Origin: Crocosphaera subtropica ATCC 51142
GTDB lineage: Bacteria > Cyanobacteriota > Cyanobacteriia > Cyanobacteriales > Microcystaceae
Direction: 5' to 3'
Assembly (NCBI RefSeq): GCF_000017845.1
Contig: NC_010546.1
Coordinates: 2,850,001 to 2,882,000, forward strand
DNA length: 32,000 nucleotides
Part shown: positions 1 through 9,150 of the stretch, one piece after another
Numbering within the stretch: the first letter of the stretch is position 1
Layout: every line of letters begins with the position of its first letter
Translations under genes and position numbers: made by a program
Notes under the pieces: model-generated
Databases searched by the model: none
The model's input: the letters and a program-made list of their open reading frames with translations, nothing else
Told to the model about the DNA's origin: nothing

Positions 1-838
1 TAACATTTTTCAAAATCCTCTGAGTTATTTTCTCAATATCATCTCCGTGACTCATTTTAGGTAATAAAATAATAAATTCATCATCCCCCCAACGTGCAAC
101 AATATCACTATCTCTCAAACTAGATTTAAGCCGTTGAGCAACTTCTACTAAAATTTTGTCACCCACAGGATAACCCCAGTTTTTATTGATGGTTTTGAAG
201 TGATTAATATCTAATAAGAGTACTCCCATTGATGTATGATATTGTTTTGCATTTTTCAAGGAATTTAATAGATATTCTTTTAACAAAATTTTGTTCGGTA
301 ATTTTGTTAAAGCGTCTTGATATTCTTGAGCTTTAAGGGTATCTTTCGGGTTAAGAACTTGAGAGTCATAATTAAAATCGATATGGGGTTGAGACAAGGA
401 ATACTGACTATGCACTTCTGGGGAATTATTAGTTAGTTTATGAGGTTTAGTTTTCGTAATATCAGTAACTGTATTTGACCATTCATGACTTGCATAATAA
501 GTGGCGTTAACTTCGCAACCAAAGTTAATTAAATCTCCATTTTTTAACTCTTTAATTAAACACTTTTCTCCATTGACATAAATCCCATTACGACTTTTAT
601 TGCCATCTAAATCTCCATCAATAATCCAGTAGGAATAAGTATTATTACGATGATTTTTCCGTCTCATTAATGTACCATGACGACGGGAAGCTTGTTGAGA
701 ACGAATAATAATAGAATTATTCGTATTTCTGCCAATAGAATAAGTTTCGTCTTCTAAAGATATGGTTTGTCGATATTTTTGATCTTCAATAACGATCAAA
801 TGACGGTTTTCGTGAGAATAATTGATATGAGTATTCAT
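1..838 (-). CDS. FHA domain / GGDEF-domain protein, C-terminus cut by the window edge. The GGDEF motif is degenerate (RWGDDEF) with an RxxD I-site retained.
   Basis: Not in the ORF track because it is truncated. My translation of the reverse strand from the ATG at 838 gives MNTHINYSHENRHLIVIEDQKYRQTISLEDETYSIGRNTNNSIIIRSQQASRRHGTLM...NGIYVNGEK (FHA signature). It continues ...LTKLPNKILLKEYL...GVLLLDINHFKTINKNWGYPVGDKILVEVAQRLKSSLRDSDIVARWGDDEFIILLP (GGDEF-domain fold). Confidence 0.8.
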   Translation of the reverse strand, partial: MNTHINYSHENRHLIVIEDQKYRQTISLEDETYSIGRNTNNSIIIRSQQASRRHGTLMRRKNHRNNTYSYWIIDGDLDGNKSRNGIYVNGEKCLIKELKNGDLINFGCEVNATYYASHEWSNTVTDITKTKPHKLTNNSPEVHSQYSLSQPHIDFNYDSQVLNPKDTLKAQEYQDALTKLPNKILLKEYLLNSLKNAKQYHTSMGVLLLDINHFKTINKNWGYPVGDKILVEVAQRLKSSLRDSDIVARWGDDEFIILLPKMSHGDDIEKITQRILKNV

Positions 839-895
839 AATATTTGGATAATAAATGTGACACAAAGAACAATTGAAAAAATGAAAATGTTAAGG

Positions 896-3007
896 TTAGG
901 GAAAACTTAAATATTTTTTGTGATTAAAACTGAGTAAATACTTTAAGATTTCTTCTGGGCTTAGGGGATGACTAAAGAAATATCCTTGCATTTCTTCACA
1001 GTCTAATTGCTGAAGCAAATTTAATTGGTTTTGGTTTTCGACCCCTTCAGCAATGACTCTCATGTTAAAGCCACGACTTAAGGTCATAATGGCAGAAATA
1101 ATTGATATATCTTCAGGACTTTGGTTGAGTTCTTTAACAAAACTTTGATCAATTTTAAGGGTATCAAAAGGAAACTTTTTTAAGTAGCCTAGAGAAGAAT
1201 ATCCTGTTCCAAAATCATCCATAGAAATATAAACTCCCATATCCCTTAGTTTATGTAAGGTTTTACTGGCTAAAGTTGTATTTTTCATCAAAATCGATTC
1301 AGTTACTTCTAACTCTAACCATCGAGGATCTAAACCTACCGATTCTAAGGTATTTTCTACGGTTTCAATTAGATTAGGTTGTTGCAATTGTTGTGCCGAT
1401 AAATTAACAGCAACTCTCACAGGCGGTAACCCCATTTTTTGCCATTTTTTATTTTGTTGACAAGCGGTTTTTAGAACCCATTCTCCCATCGGAAGAATTA
1501 ATCCTGTTTTTTCTGCAAGAGGGATAAATTTATTCGGTTTAACTAATCCCAGTTTGCTATTGTTCCAGCGTACTAACGCTTCTACACCATAAACTTGACC
1601 TGTTCTAATATTAATTTGCGGTTGATAATGTAGAATCAGTTCTTCATTTTTAATCGCTTCATGTAGTTGAGTTTCCAGAGCAAAATTCTCAGCAATTTCT
1701 AAACTCATTTCTGGGTCATAAAATTGATAATGATTTCGTCCTGATTCTTTGGTACGATACAAAGCAGAATCGGCATTTTTGAGTAGCATTTCTGTGTCTT
1801 TTCCGTCTTCAGGATAAAGAGCAATTCCCACACTACATTTAAGATAAATTTGATGTCCTTCTATATTTAATGGATGTTCAAAAGTATTCAGTAATCTTTC
1901 AGAAAATTTAGCAACTGCATCGGGATTTTCTATCTCTGAAAAAAGCACGACAAATTCATCTCCTCCCCACCGACACACTAAATCACTGTTTCGTACTTGG
2001 GAGGTTAAACGTTGAGCAAAGCATTTTAAAAGGCAATCACCAATGGTATGACCTAAGGTATCATTAATATTTTTAAAACTATCAATGTCAATAAATAAAA
2101 CGGCAAATGATTTATTATAGCGTTCACAATTCTTGATCATTAATGAAATATGTTGATCAAAAAAAGTACGGTTAGGTAATCCCGTTAAACCATCATGAAA
2201 CGCATGATATTTTAACTCAGTTTCTGCTTTTTTTCGTTGAGTTATATCAAATATATAGCTTCTAATAAGTTGCTCTTCGGCTAAATAATGGATATGCTGT
2301 TCAAACGTTTGCTCTTGTATACCAACTTCTCGGATTACTAAACTACCATTCTTATAATTTTTCTTTTCAATCAGTCCTTGCAATAAAGGATGTTGAAGTT
2401 GAGCTTTTTCTAAGTCGGGAAATTTTAAATTAGCAGAAGGATTAACATAAGTAATGATGCCTTCATTATTAATTTCAATAATAGGAATGGGGCTTAATTC
2501 TACAACAGAAGCGAGATTTCTTATTTTTGATAAAGTTGTTTTATTTTTTGTTCTTGGAATAATTTGTGTGTCTTTAGAAAAATTACCGATCTCCAAAGAT
2601 TTAGCACTTAAATAAATATTAGGAGTTAAATTATCAATGAATTCTTGACTGTTTTGATCAATAATATAATAATGGGCTGTTACATCTTTAGTAAAGTAAA
2701 TAATATCTCCGTGTTTTAATTCCCATTCCTTAATTTTATGACCATTAACTCCAATACCATTTCTACTTTTAGCTCCTTCGATGGTTCCATCTATGATAAT
2801 ATAAGAAAAATAATCATTATTTTTAGGTTGTTGAATTAAAGTGGCGTGTTGTCGAGAAATTCCTTCGGCATTGATAACAATAGAGTTTTGAGGATATCGT
2901 CCAATGGAATATTGAGGTCCATCAAGATAGAAAACTCGCTCACCATGAGTCAAATTAAATACTAAGATATGTTGTATATTTTGTTTTTTTTCTGTTAAGT
3001 AAAGCAT
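896..3007 (-). CDS. FHA-PAS-GGDEF-EAL multidomain c-di-GMP signalling protein
   Basis: 703-aa ORF. The N-terminus has an FHA pattern (YSIGRYPQNSIVINAEGISRQHATL...NGIGVNGHKI), followed by a PAS-like segment (IIEINNEGIITYVNPSA). The GGDEF domain has LTGLPNR, an RNSD I-site and canonical RWGGDEF. The EAL domain has EALVRW, DDFGTGYSSL, KIDQSFV, EGVE and QGYFFSHP. Confidence 0.9.
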   Translation of the reverse strand: MLYLTEKKQNIQHILVFNLTHGERVFYLDGPQYSIGRYPQNSIVINAEGISRQHATLIQQPKNNDYFSYIIIDGTIEGAKSRNGIGVNGHKIKEWELKHGDIIYFTKDVTAHYYIIDQNSQEFIDNLTPNIYLSAKSLEIGNFSKDTQIIPRTKNKTTLSKIRNLASVVELSPIPIIEINNEGIITYVNPSANLKFPDLEKAQLQHPLLQGLIEKKNYKNGSLVIREVGIQEQTFEQHIHYLAEEQLIRSYIFDITQRKKAETELKYHAFHDGLTGLPNRTFFDQHISLMIKNCERYNKSFAVLFIDIDSFKNINDTLGHTIGDCLLKCFAQRLTSQVRNSDLVCRWGGDEFVVLFSEIENPDAVAKFSERLLNTFEHPLNIEGHQIYLKCSVGIALYPEDGKDTEMLLKNADSALYRTKESGRNHYQFYDPEMSLEIAENFALETQLHEAIKNEELILHYQPQINIRTGQVYGVEALVRWNNSKLGLVKPNKFIPLAEKTGLILPMGEWVLKTACQQNKKWQKMGLPPVRVAVNLSAQQLQQPNLIETVENTLESVGLDPRWLELEVTESILMKNTTLASKTLHKLRDMGVYISMDDFGTGYSSLGYLKKFPFDTLKIDQSFVKELNQSPEDISIISAIMTLSRGFNMRVIAEGVENQNQLNLLQQLDCEEMQGYFFSHPLSPEEILKYLLSFNHKKYLSFP

Positions 3008-3173
3008 GGTAACAGCAAGAAATGGGGGAGAGATGGATTAATTACTTAGATTAATACTAAAGTTATTTTTAATTATGGAGGATTAATCTGTATTTTCCAC
3101 TGATCAAAACCCTACTGAAATAGTGATCGTAATCACCTTAGATGTGTTACCCTACATCATGATTTCAGTAAAT

Positions 3174-4277
3174 TTACTTTAATCTTTGTTGAGTTAACTC
3201 AGCAGCTAAAATGATAGCTGCTTTGAGGCTTGTGTCCCTAGCGATGCCTTTGCCAGCAATATCAAATGCAGTTCCATGATCAGGAGAAGTCCGAATAAAG
3301 GGTAAACCAATGGTGGTATTAATGGCTTGATCAAAGGCCATTAATTTCACAGGAATTAGCCCTTGATCATGATACAAAGCTAAATAAGCATCGGCCGGAT
3401 TATTCATGGTTAATGTGGGTTGATCCCTAGATGGATCACCTGTTTGACCCACTGTTAAAGGTTTGCCATACCAAGCTTGGGCCGGTTTTATCCATAGGGT
3501 GTCAGGAGGAATTAAACCCAGTAATTCTACGTTAGGATATTGGGTTTTTGCGGTTTCTAACCAAGGCAATAACCAGTCTTTTTCTTCTGTCCCTAATTGG
3601 CCATTTTCGCCACTATGGGGGTTTAATCCTGAGATAACAATTTTAGGATTTTTAATAGCAAAATCTTGCTCTAAACAGTTAATTAATAAGTCTAATTTAA
3701 GGGACATTAATTGAGGCGTTAACGTCTGAGAAACTTGATTTAAAGGAATGTGGGTGGTCGCTAACAACGTTCTTAACGTCCAACCCGTATAAGGCGATCG
3801 CCCCACAAATAACATTCCAAATCGATCAACTTGCGCTTTTTGGGCTAAAACTTCTGTTTGTCCTGGATAATGATATCCAGCCGCTTTCCAACAAGACTTA
3901 GCGATGGGGGCTGTAACGATGCTATCAAACTTGCCCTCAAGGGTCTGGGTAATGGCTGTTTCAAGGTAGGTAAAACTGGCTTGACCACTAGCAGCGTTAC
4001 CACATCCTGGGATAATCTGGCTGATGGTGTTGGAGTCAAGGGGAATATCTATTATGGGGAAACTATCAGGATCAGCTAAAGGTTGTACCGTTGAGTATAA
4101 TTGCTGATAGGTTTGATGCAATAGGGATCGTGTTCCGATCACTGTCAGATCGCAAGTTTGGGTCAGCCTGGGATCAACTAATGCCTTGAGAATAATTTCT
4201 GGTCCAATGCTGGCGGGATCTCCCATGGTGAGGGCTAAATGAGGACGTTGACGCTGTACAGAGTCAGAAGAGGGCAT
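3174..4277 (-). CDS. pdxA: 4-hydroxythreonine-4-phosphate dehydrogenase (pyridoxal phosphate biosynthesis)
   Basis: 367-aa ORF with PdxA-type motifs: [57 protein letters not shown]. Confidence 0.88.
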   Translation of the reverse strand: MPSSDSVQRQRPHLALTMGDPASIGPEIILKALVDPRLTQTCDLTVIGTRSLLHQTYQQLYSTVQPLADPDSFPIIDIPLDSNTISQIIPGCGNAASGQASFTYLETAITQTLEGKFDSIVTAPIAKSCWKAAGYHYPGQTEVLAQKAQVDRFGMLFVGRSPYTGWTLRTLLATTHIPLNQVSQTLTPQLMSLKLDLLINCLEQDFAIKNPKIVISGLNPHSGENGQLGTEEKDWLLPWLETAKTQYPNVELLGLIPPDTLWIKPAQAWYGKPLTVGQTGDPSRDQPTLTMNNPADAYLALYHDQGLIPVKLMAFDQAINTTIGLPFIRTSPDHGTAFDIAGKGIARDTSLKAAIILAAELTQQRLK

Positions 4278-4433
4278 CTTGCGATTTTACCTGCGTGTTT
4301 TACAATACTTACTAGGATGATGGGTTATAGTTTGGCTAAACTTGATGAGCCTTTACTGTAAGGGTAACTTCAATGATAAGCTAAAACTGTCAGGCAATTA
4401 TTAATATTTATCCATTCAATTAGGAGAACAACA

Positions 4434-4547
4434 ATGACTGCTGAAAGTATGATGTTTAACGGGGCTGTTATCTTAATGGTTTTAGTTCTTTTTGGCTTAG
4501 CTTGGGGCTTTCTCATTCTTAAAATTCAAGGAGGAGAAGCTGAGTAA
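4434..4547 (+). CDS. petM: Cytochrome b6f complex subunit VII (PetM). Small ORF absent from the supplied track.
   Basis: 37-aa [40 protein letters not shown]. It closely resembles the Synechocystis PetM sequence as I remember it (MTAESML..GLAWGF.I.K.QG.E) and has a single TM helix. A GGAG-type RBS lies just upstream (taggagaacaacaATG). Confidence 0.8.
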   Translation: MTAESMMFNGAVILMVLVLFGLAWGFLILKIQGGEAE

Positions 4548-4559
4548 AGGCTAACTATT

Positions 4560-4600
4560 AGGAGGAAACAAAATTGAGTTTAATGCCTCAGTTTCCTCCT
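4560..4600 (+). terminator. Hairpin downstream of petM (10-bp stem AGGAGGAAAC/GTTTCCTCCT, 21-nt loop). Possible terminator or processing element.
   Basis: Perfect inverted repeat read directly from the sequence. There is no clean T-run afterwards. Confidence 0.3.
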
Positions 4601-4651
4601 CTATATTAATTAATGTTCTTAATAAACGATCCAAATCCTTAATTATTAATT

Positions 4652-5023
4652 ATGAGTGACGTTACCCCTTCTATTGAATTTTTTGTGGGCATTGCTGAAG
4701 AATTAAGTAATGTTAGGTTACGACGGAGTAAGCAAACAGGAATTCGTAATGTCTTGATGATTTTCGAGAATTTAAAGTCTTTAGAACGGTTCAGAAGTTA
4801 TACAACTCAAACCTATGGAGATTTACGTTTAATTGATTCAGAAGGAGAAATTAGCGTTACACCCTCCTCCTTAAAAATTATCTGGGGAGGGGATGAAGGG
4901 GACGAATTAAAAGAAGTTAGATGTGGCTTTGAGATAGAAAAAGACGAACATTGGGATCGTTTTATGCGTTTTATGGAACGTTACGCAGAAGCAAATGGCA
5001 TGGCTTATCAAGATAGTCAATAA
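4652..5023 (+). CDS. psb28: Psb28-family protein (divergent, Psb28-2-like photosystem II assembly factor)
   Basis: 123-aa ORF. The C-terminal WDRFMRFMERYAEANG block and the LIDSEGEI block match the Psb28 family as I remember it (WDRFMRFMERYGAENG, LIDDEGEI). The remainder is divergent. Confidence 0.75.
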   Translation: MSDVTPSIEFFVGIAEELSNVRLRRSKQTGIRNVLMIFENLKSLERFRSYTTQTYGDLRLIDSEGEISVTPSSLKIIWGGDEGDELKEVRCGFEIEKDEHWDRFMRFMERYAEANGMAYQDSQ

Positions 5024-5060
5024 TGAATAATTGATAATTAAATTTCAACAACCTTAAATT

Positions 5061-5420
5061 ATGACGGCTTCTGAAACACGGAAAACGAAAAGGCAGGACA
5101 ATTTATCCTCTGATACTGACTCAAAAACGGAAAAATCATGGAGTTTTTGGACAGTTTTTAGCTCAACTTTTTTAACAATATTTTTGGCAGAAATGGGAGA
5201 TAAAACCCAGTTAGCCACCCTCTTAATGAGTGCTGAGTCTCAGTCTCCTTGGGTGGTGTTTGCTGGTGCAGCTATGGCTTTAATTGCGACCAGTTTATTA
5301 GGGGTATTAATTGGTTATTGGTTAGCCCGTCGTTTATCTCCGAAAACCTTAGATATCGCTGTAGCTTTGTTATTATTGGTTATTACGGGGTTGCTGGTAG
5401 GAGATGTATTAAATAGTTAA
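5061..5420 (+). CDS. UPF0016/GDT1 (TMEM165) half-size membrane protein. First of a split pair, resembling cyanobacterial hemi manganese exchangers (Hmx1-like).
   Basis: 119-aa ORF with one E-x-G-D-K-T motif (AEMGDKTQLAT) and about 3 hydrophobic helices. Confidence 0.75.
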   Translation: MTASETRKTKRQDNLSSDTDSKTEKSWSFWTVFSSTFLTIFLAEMGDKTQLATLLMSAESQSPWVVFAGAAMALIATSLLGVLIGYWLARRLSPKTLDIAVALLLLVITGLLVGDVLNS

Positions 5421-5432
5421 GGGAAATTAATT

Positions 5433-5714
5433 ATGGATTGGCAATTATTAGGCTTAAGTTTTATTACGGTTTTTTTAGCGGAAATTGGAGATAAAAGTCA
5501 ACTGGCAGCGATCGCTTTAGGAGGCAGTTCTAAGTCACCTCGTGCAGTATTTTTTGGGTCAATTACTGCTTTGATTTTAGCCAGTTTTTTAGGGGTCATT
5601 GCAGGAGGAACCATTGCCCAATTTTTACCCACTAAAGTATTAAAAGCAATGGCAGCCATAGGCTTTGCTATGATGGCTTTGCGTTTATTGTGGCCAGAAT
5701 TGGACGAAGACTAA
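5433..5714 (+). CDS. UPF0016/GDT1 half-size membrane protein, second of the split pair (Hmx2-like)
   Basis: 93-aa ORF with one E-x-G-D-K-S motif (AEIGDKSQLAA) and about 3 helices. It starts 12 nt after the previous stop. Confidence 0.75.
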   Translation: MDWQLLGLSFITVFLAEIGDKSQLAAIALGGSSKSPRAVFFGSITALILASFLGVIAGGTIAQFLPTKVLKAMAAIGFAMMALRLLWPELDED

Positions 5715-5947
5715 CGGCTGTGAATATGAGTGGATGTAGCGACAAAGGTTTCTTGTAATTTTTGCTCTTGCGTTGATCGTAACGCTTGATAAAACATGGC
5801 ACCACCCAACCCAATCATTAAGCCACCAAATAAAAGAGAAAAGTAGCCAGATAAGACTAATATAGAAATGCTACAAGAAGGTAAGACCTGAGTAATACTT
5901 TTGGTACAGATACTGGACAAAATAGTAGACTTAGACATCTTTTTCAC
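5711..5947 (-). CDS. Hypothetical small membrane protein
   Basis: 78-aa ORF with one clear hydrophobic span (ISILVLSGYFSLLFGGLMIGLGGAMF). It converges on and overlaps the upstream gene's stop by 4 nt. I recognised no family. Confidence 0.35.
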   Translation of the reverse strand: MKKMSKSTILSSICTKSITQVLPSCSISILVLSGYFSLLFGGLMIGLGGAMFYQALRSTQEQKLQETFVATSTHIHSR

Positions 5948-6121
5948 ACAAAGATTAGGATTACTTTAGAGGCAACATCTATGTAATATCTAGAATAAAT
6001 TTGATTTCATTGTGTGACTGTAAGCGAAATCACAGGTTGAGTGAGATGTTTAAACACATTTTGAACAAGTATCAATGACATGTATCCAATTCTCTTAGAT
6101 TCTTTAATAAAAAGGCAAGAA

Positions 6122-6385
6122 TTAAAGCTGCGATCGCAGGGTAAACTCATAATCTCCCCCAGGTTCTAATTGATAGTCTGATCGTTCTAAAAACCGTCCC
6201 AAGGGTTCATAAATTAAGGCACGGCCTAGGGATGGTTGTACGGATAATTGTCCTTGACGAAAGTACCATTTAAACCGCCATTGATATTCTGCGGCCCTGA
6301 CTTCTCCTTCCATTTGTCCTTGTTGCCAAGACTGTTGAGTAATACGGACATAAGCGGTGGTTTTGGGTAGATGATTAGAACTCAC
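6122..6385 (-). CDS. Hypothetical protein
   Basis: 87-aa ORF with non-biased composition and a HIP1 site near its 3' end. I recognised no family. Confidence 0.4.
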   Translation of the reverse strand: MSSNHLPKTTAYVRITQQSWQQGQMEGEVRAAEYQWRFKWYFRQGQLSVQPSLGRALIYEPLGRFLERSDYQLEPGGDYEFTLRSQL

Positions 6386-6651
6386 AGTGGCGTTAATCCT
6401 TTATGTCTGTAGATTTTTACCATAGCAAATCTCTTTTATTTTGTCAGTGATAACAGTATCTATGAAAATTAGCATAATGTAATTTGAGGACAAGGCAATG
6501 GGTAATAGTAAAAAGGGTAATAGTTTTCTCAACAAAAATAGAATCATATTTGATGACTTTTTAATAAGAATTTCTCCAAGAGAATGAAATTTCATTGAAA
6601 CTTAGTGTACCCTTTTGCAGTCTATGACGTTAATACGGTCTGAGGAAAAAA

Positions 6652-7554
6652 GTGATGAAGAAAAAATTTGTCTTACTGGCTTTAACATTATTATTAATGG
6701 CAACCTCTCAAAGTCCAAGTTGGGCTGGAGAAATCTTAGAAAAAATTAAACAAACAGGAGTGATTACCGCAGGAACCCGTAAAGATGCCATTCCTTTTGC
6801 TTATGTCAATGAGGAAGGAGAATGGGTCGGGTATTCTATTGATGTTTTAGAAATTATTCGTCAAGATATAGAAAAAAAACTAGGCAAACCTATTCAACTC
6901 AAATTAGTAGAAGTTACCCCACAAAATCGTTTTGATAAGGTTAAAAATAGAGAAATTGATATTGAATGTGCCTCGTCTACTTTTACTTGGGAACGGGACG
7001 AAGTTGTGGATTTTTCAGTTAGTTATTTTGCTAGTGGAACAAAAATTTTCAGAAAAAAAGGGAGCGATTTAGGAACCATTGATTCTTTAGCTGGTAGGAG
7101 AATTGGAGTTATTCCTAATACCACTAATGAACAAGCCATTAAATTACAACAACCGGCTGCTATTCTTGTTCCTATTAAAGATAGAACTGAAGGGTTAGAA
7201 AAACTGAACAATGGAGAAATTGAAGCGATCGCAGGGGATGGCATTGTTTTACAGGGATTAAGATTAGAAAATGGTAATGCAGATAAATTTGAAGTGGTTC
7301 CAGAGTTTCCTTATATGTACGAAGCGTATGCTTGTATGATTCCTGAAGATGAGTCCGCTTGGCGAGGAATGGTAAATTATAGTTTAGTTAAGTTTATGGA
7401 AGGCATTATTAGCGATCAACCGCAACAAGTGGAAATTTATGAAAGATGGTTTGGAGAAGAAACAGGGGTAACCCCTTATTCGAGAGAAGCGATTAATGAT
7501 TATTTTCAAGGGATCGTAGATGGTTACGAATGGATTCCTTTAATCAGTTATTAG
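6652..7554 (+). CDS. Amino-acid ABC transporter substrate-binding protein (SBP family 3), orphan
   Basis: 300-aa ORF with a signal peptide (MKKKFVLLALTLLLMATSQSPSWA) and family-3 solute-binding blocks (GVITAGTRKDAIPFAY, GYSIDV, IDIECASST). The real start is probably the ATG at 6655, right after the GTG at 6652. No permease or ATPase gene is adjacent. Confidence 0.8.
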   Translation: MMKKKFVLLALTLLLMATSQSPSWAGEILEKIKQTGVITAGTRKDAIPFAYVNEEGEWVGYSIDVLEIIRQDIEKKLGKPIQLKLVEVTPQNRFDKVKNREIDIECASSTFTWERDEVVDFSVSYFASGTKIFRKKGSDLGTIDSLAGRRIGVIPNTTNEQAIKLQQPAAILVPIKDRTEGLEKLNNGEIEAIAGDGIVLQGLRLENGNADKFEVVPEFPYMYEAYACMIPEDESAWRGMVNYSLVKFMEGIISDQPQQVEIYERWFGEETGVTPYSREAINDYFQGIVDGYEWIPLISY

Positions 7555-7653
7555 CGTCAGTGAACAGTTACCAGTTATTCGGAGGGATAGGGACGATCTT
7601 TAAGCATGGAAATAAGTAGAAATAATAGGACATAAGTAGAATTATTTGGCTGC

Positions 7654-7680
7654 TTCCCTCTATTTGGAGGGAGTTTTTTT
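7654..7680 (+). terminator. Rho-independent terminator after the binding-protein gene
   Basis: Stem TCCCTC (7655-7660) / GAGGGA (7667-7672), followed by a T7 run (7674-7680). Confidence 0.6.
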
Positions 7681-7715
7681 CCCTAATTTTTGGGACTGAC
7701 ATATCCAGTTTTTTG

Positions 7716-7820
7716 AACTTATACTAAGACCAGGTTATACCGTATTTAACAACGCCATAAATATTAACAATGTAAATTCTCTTCAGACCCCTTTATTGAT
7801 GCTGTTATCTTTTTTGTCCA
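7716..7820 (+). promoter_or_regulatory. Upstream leader of the GT operon. It shares six collinear sequence blocks with 26236..26399.
   Basis: Blocks: AACTTATAC (7716), ATACCGTATTTAACA (7737), CATAAATAT (7756), AATGTAAATT (7769), AGACC (7785), TTTTTGTCCA (7811). All recur in the same order upstream of the gene at 26478. Confidence 0.5.
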
Positions 7821-7830
7821 CCCAATTGTA

Positions 7831-9102
7831 TTGCACCCTCCTCCAATTATGTCTTCAACTACGATTAAACAGCCGACTATCCCTCTTAAATCCTTACCTA
7901 ACCCCAAAAAAACCAAAAAGCTAAGAATTGCCCTTTATTCCCACGATACAATGGGCTTAGGTCATAAGCGTCGCAACCTCTTAATTGCCCAAAGTTTAGC
8001 CTATTCTCCCCTAAATGCGGACATTTTGGTTATTAGTGGGATGAGTGACATGACCAAGGTAGGGACTCATCCAAATATTGAATATATCACCTTACCAGCT
8101 TTATATAAGACCAGAGAAGGGGAATATCAGGCCCGTCGCTTGGATATGTCCCTTGATGCTATCATTAAACTGCGATCGCAGGTCATTCGTGCAACTATCA
8201 AGAATTTTCAGCCGGATGTCTTCATTGTGGATAATGTTCCCAGAGGGGCCATGGGAGAGTTGGATCGTACTCTGAAATATTTGCGCAACCATAGTAAAAC
8301 TCACTGTGTCCTTGGGTTGCGGGATATTTTGGATCAACCAGAGGTCATTATCCCAAGCTGGAAGAAGGCCAAAAATGAAGAGACGATCGCTCGTTACTAT
8401 GATAATGTTTGGATTTATGGTGATCCTGCGGTTTACGATGCAACTAAAGAATATAATTTTTCTGCTGAGGTTGCAGCAAAAATTCGTTACACAGGCTATT
8501 TAGACCAAAGGTATCGCTTAAACTACGCAAAATCCCAGGAAAAACAGCCCATAACTCAAAAATCTGAACGTCTAGCCCTTTGTTTGGTAGGTGGAGGACA
8601 GGACGGTTATCAATTAGCAAAAGGGTTCGCCCAAGCAGAGCTACCCCAAAATAGTCATGGAATTATCATAACAGGGCCTTTGATGCCCAGTCAACTTCGT
8701 CAACAGTTACATCATGAAGCAAAAAATAGACCTAATTTACAGGTCTTAGATTATGTTTCTGAACCCACTTTATTGCTACAAAAAGCAGATTTGGTAGTAG
8801 CAATGGGAGGCTATAATACCACTTGTGAAATTTTATCCTTTGAAAAACGGGCATTAATTGTTCCTCGCATTCAACCTAGGGAAGAACAGTTAATTCGGGC
8901 GCAACGGTTACAAACATTAGGGTTAGTGGATATGTTGCATCCCAATGAGGTTAACGCTGAGGCTTTAAGTCAGTGGTTATGTCAAGCGGTTGCTACCCCT
9001 AACGTTCATAAAAATATTGATTTTCATGGGTTAAAACGTATTCCTCAATATTTAGGAGAAATGTTAGAAGGATATGACCTTAGATTTCTCAAAGCCAGCT
9101 AA
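7831..9102 (+). CDS. GT-B glycosyltransferase, MurG/GT28-C-terminal-like (COG4671-like predicted glycosyltransferase)
   Basis: 423-aa ORF. N-terminal block IALYSHDTMGLGHKRRNLLIAQSL. C-terminal block ADLVVAMGGYNTTCEILSFEKRALIVPR, typical of MurG-like nucleotide-sugar binding. The TTG at 7831 opens the ORF, but the ATG at 7849 (MSSTTIK) is the more likely start. Confidence 0.75.
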   Translation: MHPPPIMSSTTIKQPTIPLKSLPNPKKTKKLRIALYSHDTMGLGHKRRNLLIAQSLAYSPLNADILVISGMSDMTKVGTHPNIEYITLPALYKTREGEYQARRLDMSLDAIIKLRSQVIRATIKNFQPDVFIVDNVPRGAMGELDRTLKYLRNHSKTHCVLGLRDILDQPEVIIPSWKKAKNEETIARYYDNVWIYGDPAVYDATKEYNFSAEVAAKIRYTGYLDQRYRLNYAKSQEKQPITQKSERLALCLVGGGQDGYQLAKGFAQAELPQNSHGIIITGPLMPSQLRQQLHHEAKNRPNLQVLDYVSEPTLLLQKADLVVAMGGYNTTCEILSFEKRALIVPRIQPREEQLIRAQRLQTLGLVDMLHPNEVNAEALSQWLCQAVATPNVHKNIDFHGLKRIPQYLGEMLEGYDLRFLKAS

Positions 9103-9150
9103 AAAGTAGAACCTTTTTCAAACAGTAAACTTAGTGAGTGAGGAACTTAA

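Noticed and set aside
3463-4079. Track ORFs 3463..3714 (+), 3845..4039 (-) and 3858..4079 (+) inside or opposite pdxA
   Set aside because: They lie entirely within the well-supported pdxA coding region, either on the opposite strand or in another frame. Their composition is biased and they carry no motifs, which is typical of shadow ORFs.
6013-6034. TGTGA-N12-TCACA inverted repeat that looked like a CRP box
   Set aside because: The spacing is 12 nt rather than the 6 nt of CRP-type sites. It is isolated and lies between two poorly supported small ORFs.
6401-6595. 64-aa ORF on the minus strand upstream of the binding-protein gene
   Set aside because: It is very AT-rich with an Ile/Leu/Lys-dominated translation and no RBS. 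It occupies what looks like the promoter region of the gene at 6652, so it is probably not coding.
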